DNA of 64,000 nucleotides from Sphingomonas sp. (GTDB lineage Bacteria; Pseudomonadota; Alphaproteobacteria; Sphingomonadales; Sphingomonadaceae): NCBI GenBank assembly GCA_013816595.1, contig JACDEB010000003.1, positions 351 to 64,350 of the forward strand, read 5' to 3'. Shown piece by piece: positions 57,779 to 64,000 of this stretch (position 1 is its first letter; each line of letters starts with the position of its first letter). The notes under the pieces were generated by a model. It saw only the letters and a program-made list of their open reading frames with translations, ran no database searches and was not told where the DNA came from. The position numbers and the translations under genes were made by a program.

Positions 57779-59977
57779 ATGCACATCAGCGATACCCAAA
57801 CTGAACAGGCTCCACGGTTGAGACGACGGAAAGACGTATTCGTAGCTCAGATCCCAGCGCACGCTGGTAGTGATAACGGACACTTGACCGTCGATGGCTA
57901 TCGAGCGGACATCGATGGCCTCAGGGCGTTGGCCGTTGTGCCTGTCGTTCTTTACCACGCTGGTTTCGGCCTGACTGGCGGGTTTGTCGGAGTAGACGTT
58001 TTTTTTGTCATTTCCGGTTTTCTGATCGCGTCACTCATTCAACGCGACCTGCAGCTAGGCCGCTTCTCCTTGGCCGATTTCTACGAACGCCGAATCCGAC
58101 GCATTTTTCCGGCACTGTTCGCCGTGATCGGCGCCAGTTTCGTTGCCTCCTGGGTATTGTTCCTGCCTCCGGAATTCAAGGACTTCGCCAAAAGTGCGAT
58201 CACGACGGCTGTCTTCTCGTCGAATATCCTGTTCTTTCTCCAGTCGGGATATTTCGATAGCGAAGCGATGTCGAAGCCGTTGCTCCACACTTGGTCGCTT
58301 GCGGTAGAAGAACAGTTTTACGTCCTCTTCCCGCTTCTTTTGATGAGCCTTCGCAACCTCTCCCGCGGACGTCATCTGCTCATTTTGAGCCTAGTCTTTT
58401 CGGCGTCGTTTGCCGCTAGCTGCTACGCTACCGCTGCCAATCCAGCGGCCGCGTTTTATTTGATGCCGACGCGTTTTTGGGAGCTAATGGGCGGCGCGCT
58501 ACTCGCAGTCGCCGGCTCGGAGCTAAGGCTAGCCGAAAGGCCAAGCACTGTGGTCGCGGTCGCAGGCGTGGCGATGATTTTGACTGCCGTGTTGTTCTAT
58601 GATGAAAGCATGCCCTTTCCTGGACTTGCCGCACTGCTGCCTTGCGGGGGTGCACTTCTCGTTTTGCTGGCGGGTCGGACTTCGAACGTGGCCAGTCGGT
58701 CATTGGCAGCCGAACCCTTTCTCTTCACGGGGAAGATTTCCTACTCACTCTATCTATGGCACTGGCCCCTGCTGGTCTTTGCGAGTTACCGGCTCGGCAG
58801 GCTGCCCAACCCGGCAGAATCCGCCGCCATCGTTGCCGTCTCTCTAGTTTTAGCATTCCTTTCCTGGCGTTTTGTCGAGCAGCCGTTCCGTCAGAAGCGG
58901 CTGCTCGCCGAGCGCGAGCGGCTGTTCAGCGGCGCAGTTGCCGCTACCGCCCTGACGATCGGGGTCGGGATGTTCGTAGTCGCCCACGACGGTCTGCCAT
59001 CGCGACTTTCCCAGGAGGCTCGGCACATTTATGAGTCCGCAGAGCGCAGGGACCGCTTCTCCAGCGATGCGTGTTTCGCCGACGCGGACGGCAATGGGCC
59101 GACGGCCGTGGACATTCGCGCCGGGCGGTTGTGCATCATCGGAGGCGATGAGGGTCCCCGTCCAAGCTTTCTTCTATGGGGGGATTCGCATGCCCGTGCG
59201 ATCTTGCCGGCCCTTAAAGCGCCAGCAAAGCAACAGGGTCTGCGCGGCTATCTTGTGGGGCGCAGCGGCTGCCTTCCGCTGATAGATTACTCGATGCCGT
59301 CGAAAAACCGGGGCAGAATCCAGCGCTGTCGAGAAGCCAACTTGGCGACGCTCGACCTTGTCCGCTCGGCGCGGGTCAACACGGTCTTTCTAGTCGGCCG
59401 TTGGCCTCGCGACGTGTTAGACGCGCGATTCGGCAACGAGGGTATATTTTTCGATCCTAACCGGCCCTACAAAATCCATGATCGATCGGCGCTGGTGGAG
59501 CATGGGCTGGACCGGACTTTAGAGGCGCTGGCGGCGATTGGTACCAGAGTGGTAATTGTTCAGGAGGTCCCCGAGATAGGCTATGATGTCCCGCATTCCC
59601 TAGAACTTGCAGCAATGCACGGCGTGAAGGCAAACATCGCGTCATCACTGCGAACGGTCTTGCAGCGCCAGCGGCTAGCACGCCGGCTGATCCGGGCCGC
59701 AGCCGCGAGGCATGGCGTAGCGGTGATCGACCCAATTCCAAGCTTGTGCAATTCACGGCGTTGTTTGGTCCAAGATAAGGACGTGCCACTGTATGTAGAC
59801 GACGATCATCTCAGCAGAGTGGGGGCCCTGCGCCTGACACCCTTATTTAGGCCATGGCTCCCACCGGCGCGGCACCAGCGATGCTGCGGCAGTCAACGCC
59901 TGGAGACTGGGTCGATACGGAAACGGGTCGAAAGCGGACACCAGGCTAATGCCCAATGGGTGGAAAAACGGACATAA
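57779..59977 (+). CDS. Acyltransferase_3 + SGNH O-acyltransferase (OafA-like)
   Basis: YRADIDGLRALAV, GVDVFFVISG, HTWSLAVEEQFY, SYSLYLWHWP, GDSHA, DDDHLS. Confidence 0.94.
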   Translation: MHISDTQTEQAPRLRRRKDVFVAQIPAHAGSDNGHLTVDGYRADIDGLRALAVVPVVLYHAGFGLTGGFVGVDVFFVISGFLIASLIQRDLQLGRFSLADFYERRIRRIFPALFAVIGASFVASWVLFLPPEFKDFAKSAITTAVFSSNILFFLQSGYFDSEAMSKPLLHTWSLAVEEQFYVLFPLLLMSLRNLSRGRHLLILSLVFSASFAASCYATAANPAAAFYLMPTRFWELMGGALLAVAGSELRLAERPSTVVAVAGVAMILTAVLFYDESMPFPGLAALLPCGGALLVLLAGRTSNVASRSLAAEPFLFTGKISYSLYLWHWPLLVFASYRLGRLPNPAESAAIVAVSLVLAFLSWRFVEQPFRQKRLLAERERLFSGAVAATALTIGVGMFVVAHDGLPSRLSQEARHIYESAERRDRFSSDACFADADGNGPTAVDIRAGRLCIIGGDEGPRPSFLLWGDSHARAILPALKAPAKQQGLRGYLVGRSGCLPLIDYSMPSKNRGRIQRCREANLATLDLVRSARVNTVFLVGRWPRDVLDARFGNEGIFFDPNRPYKIHDRSALVEHGLDRTLEALAAIGTRVVIVQEVPEIGYDVPHSLELAAMHGVKANIASSLRTVLQRQRLARRLIRAAAARHGVAVIDPIPSLCNSRRCLVQDKDVPLYVDDDHLSRVGALRLTPLFRPWLPPARHQRCCGSQRLETGSIRKRVESGHQANAQWVEKRT

Positions 59978-60265
59978 CGAAAACATACTTTACATCCGAA
60001 CATCGCCGAAAGCCCTTGTTTTACTTTCAATAGGCCCAGTCGAAAGACCGTCGAAAGACCAAAATTCTGCTGATGAACGAAACAAGATTACGCGAAAGCC
60101 GAGCCTTGGCTATGCGAAAGTAAGGGGCCAATTCATAGGAAGCGATCAGTCTGAGTTCTTGCCCTCGGCATTGCCCTTGAGCACAGCGTAGATGAGCGAA
60201 CATCGGGATTCATCTGTCCTTCAACCGCTCCGTGTTGTAGAATCGACGGCCACATTGGGAGACGA

Positions 60266-60655
60266 ATGATGCGCAAGCTTGTCATGGCTTCGTTGTTAAT
60301 TGGACTTTCGGCTTCTTCCGCACAATCGGCGCCCGCCTCCTCAGCGACCGTGGACGTCACCCTTTCCAGTTTCAGGATTTCGCCCAACATCATTCATTTG
60401 AGAGCGGGCGTCCCGGTCGTTCTTCGGTTTCAGAACAGCGCGAGTGGCGGGCACAATTTTTCAGCCATGCAATTCTTTTCGGCCGCCCGGCTCGAAGCCG
60501 CCTCGATTTCACGAGTCCAGCGTGGCACGGTCGAGGTTCCGAAGCACGGCACGATCAATGTAGAGCTTATACCCGCAGCTGGACGTTACCCGATTAAATG
60601 CACTCACACCCTTCATGCCATGTTCGGGATGAAGGGCACGATCATCGTGGATTGA
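60266..60655 (+). CDS. Cupredoxin (type 1 copper) domain protein
   Basis: Signal peptide, GHNF, C-terminal CTHTLHAMFGM ligand loop. Confidence 0.88.
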   Translation: MMRKLVMASLLIGLSASSAQSAPASSATVDVTLSSFRISPNIIHLRAGVPVVLRFQNSASGGHNFSAMQFFSAARLEAASISRVQRGTVEVPKHGTINVELIPAAGRYPIKCTHTLHAMFGMKGTIIVD

Positions 60656-60667
60656 TCGCCCGAGCGC

Positions 60668-60875
60668 ATGGACCCACTCCGGGTAATCTTGGCGGCTCTC
60701 GTTGGCCTTCGCCGGCGTGCCACACCAAATTTTCCGCAAATGGATCACGCAGGACGGAACGGCGGTGGTTTTGATCGCCCCCTGCGGATCAAACGTGTGC
60801 GGGCGGGTCTGGCAGCCGTTCTGCCGGTCCGGTATTTTGCTCACACCTACATGTGGCGGCAGCTACCAATTCTAA
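60668..60875 (+). pseudogene. Frameshifted, truncated DUF2147-like secreted protein
   Basis: MDPLRVILAA then, in another frame, LSLAFAG..KWITQDGTAVVLIAPCGSNVCGRV (W-T-DG..I.PC...CG pattern), early stop. Confidence 0.55.
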
Positions 60876-61095
60876 AGAGTAAGCGGCGGCCAATCAGCGT
60901 GAGACCAATTTCCCGGATCGCGATCGCCCGCGACGGGTGAAAAAAGGACACCCTGATCGAGCTTTAGCGCGGCTCGTAGCGACCGGAAGCAGCATGTCTA
61001 CGTTTGTCCGTGTAGCCAATGGTCCCGTCCCCGCGATACTCAGTCCGTAACACATTCTAACTCCCCAGCAGTCGCCCGCCGAATGCGAAGGCGGT

Positions 61096-62817
61096 GGAAC
61101 CGAGCCCGACGTCACTTATGCTTATGACAATTTTGGACGCCTCACTTCGGCCAGCCAGACCGGCAATGCCTTGTCGTTCACCTGGGACGCCTTGAGCCGC
61201 AACCTCACCCAAGCCGGGCCGCAAGGCACTGCGAGCTACACTTACGACGCCGCCGGCCGCCGCACTCAGCTGACCTATCCGGGCACCGGCCTGTTCGTGA
61301 ACACTGACTATCTCGTGACCGGCGAAGTGACCAAGGTCCGCGAGAATGGCGCCACGACCGGCGTCGGCGTCCTCGCCACCTACACCTACGACAATCTTGG
61401 CAACCGCCTGTCGACCACGTTCGGCAATGGCGCGGTGCAGGCGTTCACCTTCGATCCGGTGTCGCGGCTGTCGCAGCTTACCAATGACCTGAGCGGCACC
61501 ACCAATGACCTGACCGCCACCTTCGCTTACAGTCCGGCGAGCCAGATCGCGAGTACTGTGCGAACGGGGGACACCTATGCCTGGACCGGTCACGGCAATG
61601 GCTCGACCGCGTTCGTCCAGAACGGCCTCAATCAGCAGACCAATATCGGCGGCGCGGCGGCGGCATGGGATACCAAGGGCAATCTCGTCACCGAACCACA
61701 GACCGCCAAAACCTACGGCTATTCGTCCGAGAACCTCCTGACCTCGACGTCGGGCGGGGTGACATTGGGCTATGATCCGCTGTTGCGATTGTACAATGTC
61801 AACGGCGCCACAACGACGCGGTTCGCTTATGACGGGCTCAATGCGATCGCCGAATATAATGCCACCAACGCGCTCCAGCGGCGCTTCGTGTTCGGACCCG
61901 GTGTTGATGAAGTCATCGTTCAATATGAAGGTACGGGAACGACCAGCCGCCGGTTCATGAGTTCTGACGAACGCGGCTCGGTGATCTCGCTGACCGACAA
62001 CACCGGCGTTTTGCTCAACCTCAACCGCTACGACGAATATGGCAAACCGCAGAGCACCAACGTCGGCCGCTTCCAGTACACCGGGCAGAAATGGATCGCC
62101 GAGGCAGGCCTATACGATTACAAGTTCCGCGACTATCTCCCTCACCTCGGTATCTTCGCCCAGACTGATCCGATCAGGCAGGCGGGCGGGGTCAATCTAT
62201 ACGCCTATGTCGGCGGCGACCCGGTGAACTGGACTGATCCGCTGGGACTTTTTTCATGCCCCCCGGGCTACGACACCGTACCAATTCCCGACTCTACTTC
62301 GGCGGGCAATGGTGCCGATGGCGGCGTCATAATAACTGCGCATAACACGTGTAGATTGAGGTTGGAGACCTACTCCCCCAATGGCGGAAATCGAGGGGAG
62401 CCGGGTGGCGGCGTGGGAGGAGACGGGAACGACTCCGAAGAAAAGCCAAAATACTGCTCCTCCGTTGGCTATCGAATTGGCGACTTCGTTGATAAGCTTG
62501 GAGGTACTACACAGGACGTCGGCACGGGAGTGGTTATCGGAGGTTTGGTCGCCGGAGTGGCGACAGCCGTAACCGGAGTCGGCGCGGGTGCCGGAGCTGC
62601 AATTGCGGGGGTCGGCGGTTCGATTTACGCTGGAGGAACAGGATTATCCGCTGTGGGTAACGGCATTAAATCTCTAAATGGTCAAAGCGGGCTCGTGACA
62701 ATGATATCACTGTTGTCGCTTCCAACAGCTCGGCTTAATCCTGTGTCCCAGATCGTCACGGAAAAGACGCTTAGCTACTTTGTGAATAAAGATGTGAAAG
62801 ATCCCTGTGAAAAATAG
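61096..62817 (+). CDS. Orphan Rhs core fragment with C-terminal putative toxin domain
   Basis: YD repeats, RFQYTGQ, NLYAYVGGDPVNWTDPLG cleavage motif; Rhs homology begins at 61096 (GTEPDVTYAYD) without an ATG; first possible start is TTG 61171. Confidence 0.9.
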   Translation, partial: GTEPDVTYAYDNFGRLTSASQTGNALSFTWDALSRNLTQAGPQGTASYTYDAAGRRTQLTYPGTGLFVNTDYLVTGEVTKVRENGATTGVGVLATYTYDNLGNRLSTTFGNGAVQAFTFDPVSRLSQLTNDLSGTTNDLTATFAYSPASQIASTVRTGDTYAWTGHGNGSTAFVQNGLNQQTNIGGAAAAWDTKGNLVTEPQTAKTYGYSSENLLTSTSGGVTLGYDPLLRLYNVNGATTTRFAYDGLNAIAEYNATNALQRRFVFGPGVDEVIVQYEGTGTTSRRFMSSDERGSVISLTDNTGVLLNLNRYDEYGKPQSTNVGRFQYTGQKWIAEAGLYDYKFRDYLPHLGIFAQTDPIRQAGGVNLYAYVGGDPVNWTDPLGLFSCPPGYDTVPIPDSTSAGNGADGGVIITAHNTCRLRLETYSPNGGNRGEPGGGVGGDGNDSEEKPKYCSSVGYRIGDFVDKLGGTTQDVGTGVVIGGLVAGVATAVTGVGAGAGAAIAGVGGSIYAGGTGLSAVGNGIKSLNGQSGLVTMISLLSLPTARLNPVSQIVTEKTLSYFVNKDVKDPCEK

Positions 62818-63001
62818 ATTACAATCAGACATCCGGAAACATATTTTTTACGGAACATTATTGATTCTATTATTTCTCGGTGGTATTTCAAGCGTTTTTC
62901 GACCTGATTTGGAAGCAAAAATTGTATCAATTGCTTGTGTTTTCATTCTAACAGTACTTAGCTCGCTAATTTATATTATATTCCATAAGAAGTTTTTTTA
63001 A
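62807..63001 (+). CDS. Putative immunity protein (two TM helices)
   Basis: AT-rich 64-aa ORF overlapping the Rhs stop, two hydrophobic helices. Confidence 0.7.
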   Translation: MKNRLQSDIRKHIFYGTLLILLFLGGISSVFRPDLEAKIVSIACVFILTVLSSLIYIIFHKKFF

Positions 63002-63013
63002 TCGCTAAGGAGG

Positions 63014-63130
63014 ACGGTGTCAGAATTACATGACAATTTAGTATGTGAAATTACGACGCCAATTCCGGTGGGAATTGGTGACAGGGAATTACGGTGGATT
63101 ACGGAGACAGTTTACTAAATACACTAAACT
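63014..63130. repeat. Degenerate short-repeat array (consensus about GAATTACGGTGACAG)
   Basis: About 6 imperfect units between the immunity gene and the second Rhs cassette. Confidence 0.65.
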
Positions 63131-63163
63131 CTGCGGATTTATGCCGCACATGACCTATCCAGC

Positions 63164-64000
63164 CTGCCTGGAACCGAGCCCGACGTCACTTATGCCTATG
63201 ACAATTTTGGCCGCCTCACTTCGGCCAGCCAGACAGGCAATGCCTTGTCGTTCACCTGGGACGCCTTGAGCCGCAATCTCACCCAGGCCGGGCCGCAAGG
63301 CAGTGCGAGCTACACTTACGACGCCGCGGGGCGCCGCACCCAGCTGACCTATCCAGGCACCGGCCTGTTCGTGAACAGCGATTATCTCGTGACCGGCGAA
63401 GTGACCAAGGTCCGCGAGAATGGCGCCACGACCGGCGTCGGCGTCCTCGCCACCTACACCTACGACAATCTCGGCAATCGCCTGTCGACCACGTTCGGCA
63501 ATGGCGCGGCCCAGGGGTTCACCTTCGATCCGGTGTCGCGGCTGTCGCAGCTGACCAATGACCTGAGCGGTACGACCAACGACCTGACCGCCACCTTCGC
63601 TTACAGTCCGGCGAGCCAGATCGCGAGCACCGTGCGCACCGGCGACACTTACGCCTGGACCGGGCACGGCAATGGCTCCACGGCGTTCGTCCAGAACGGC
63701 CTCAACCAGCAGACCAGCATCGGCGGCGCGGCGGCGGCATGGGATACCAAGGGCAATCTCGTCACCGAAGCGCAAACCGCGAAAACCTATGGCTATTCTT
63801 CCGAGAACCTCCTGATCTCGGCGTCAGGCGGGGTTACGTTGGGCTATGATCCGCTGTTGCGATTGTACAATGTCAACGGCGCCACCACGACGCGGTTCGC
63901 TTATGACGGGCTCAATGCCATCGCCGAATATAATGCGCCCAACGTCCTCCAGCGACGGTTCGTGTTCGGACCGGCTGTTGATGAAGTCATCGTCCAATAT
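63164..64000 (+). CDS. Second orphan Rhs core cassette (runs off window)
   Basis: Not in the ORF track. Open frame LPGTEPDVTYAYDNFGRL... to the window end; near-identical to 61095-61926. Confidence 0.88.
   Translation, partial: MPGTEPDVTYAYDNFGRLTSASQTGNALSFTWDALSRNLTQAGPQGSASYTYDAAGRRTQLTYPGTGLFVNSDYLVTGEVTKVRENGATTGVGVLATYTYDNLGNRLSTTFGNGAAQGFTFDPVSRLSQLTNDLSGTTNDLTATFAYSPASQIASTVRTGDTYAWTGHGNGSTAFVQNGLNQQTSIGGAAAAWDTKGNLVTEAQTAKTYGYSSENLLISASGGVTLGYDPLLRLYNVNGATTTRFAYDGLNAIAEYNAPNVLQRRFVFGPAVDEVIVQY

Larger units (their letters stand above)
61095..64000 (+). repeat. Direct repeat of at least 830 bp of Rhs core (61095-61926 vs 63169-64000)
   Basis: Both start TGGAACCGAGCCCGACGTCACTTATGC, constant offset 2074, scattered substitutions. 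Confidence 0.93.

Noticed and set aside
63014-63130. CRISPR array
   Set aside because: Units are short, degenerate and lack regular unique spacers; no cas genes

Overview
GC-rich alphaproteobacterial DNA, most likely a sphingomonad judging from gene content and protein style. (1) 1-17.3 kb: carbohydrate-utilisation locus (GH13, tryptophan-halogenase-like protein, TonB-dependent receptor with an unusual Pro-rich C-terminal tail, LacI, GH2, GH53, SSS and MFS transporters, JmjC/cupin), then a cation:H+ antiporter and a D-aminoacylase. (2) After a broken XRE gene at about 17.4 kb: a DUF4331-type secreted protein, a lipoprotein, DUF4198 and HupE/UreJ genes, of which hupE/ureJ runs by codon overlaps into a minimal virB1-2-3-4-6-8-9-10-11 type IV secretion operon. 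No VirB5, VirB7, VirD4 or relaxase is recognisable in the window. This is the best candidate for an undescribed system. (3) 31.9-38.4 kb: a capsid-less, phage-related module (tRNA-3'-like scar, PIN-like protein, structured non-coding leader, ParB-methyltransferase, DUF5681, large terminase, C-protein-like XRE, superinfection-immunity protein). (4) 39-60.9 kb: a two-component system and CzcCBA-type RND pump next to cell-surface glycan genes (GT2s, flippase, TagF-like/GT4 fusion, PLD-like protein, O-acyltransferase, CaCA, cupredoxin). It carries several pseudogenes and a recurrent GTCAG-N6-GTCAG box. (5) 61-64 kb: tandem orphan Rhs toxin/immunity cassettes separated by a short repeat array. All family calls come from motif recognition by eye; no searches were run.
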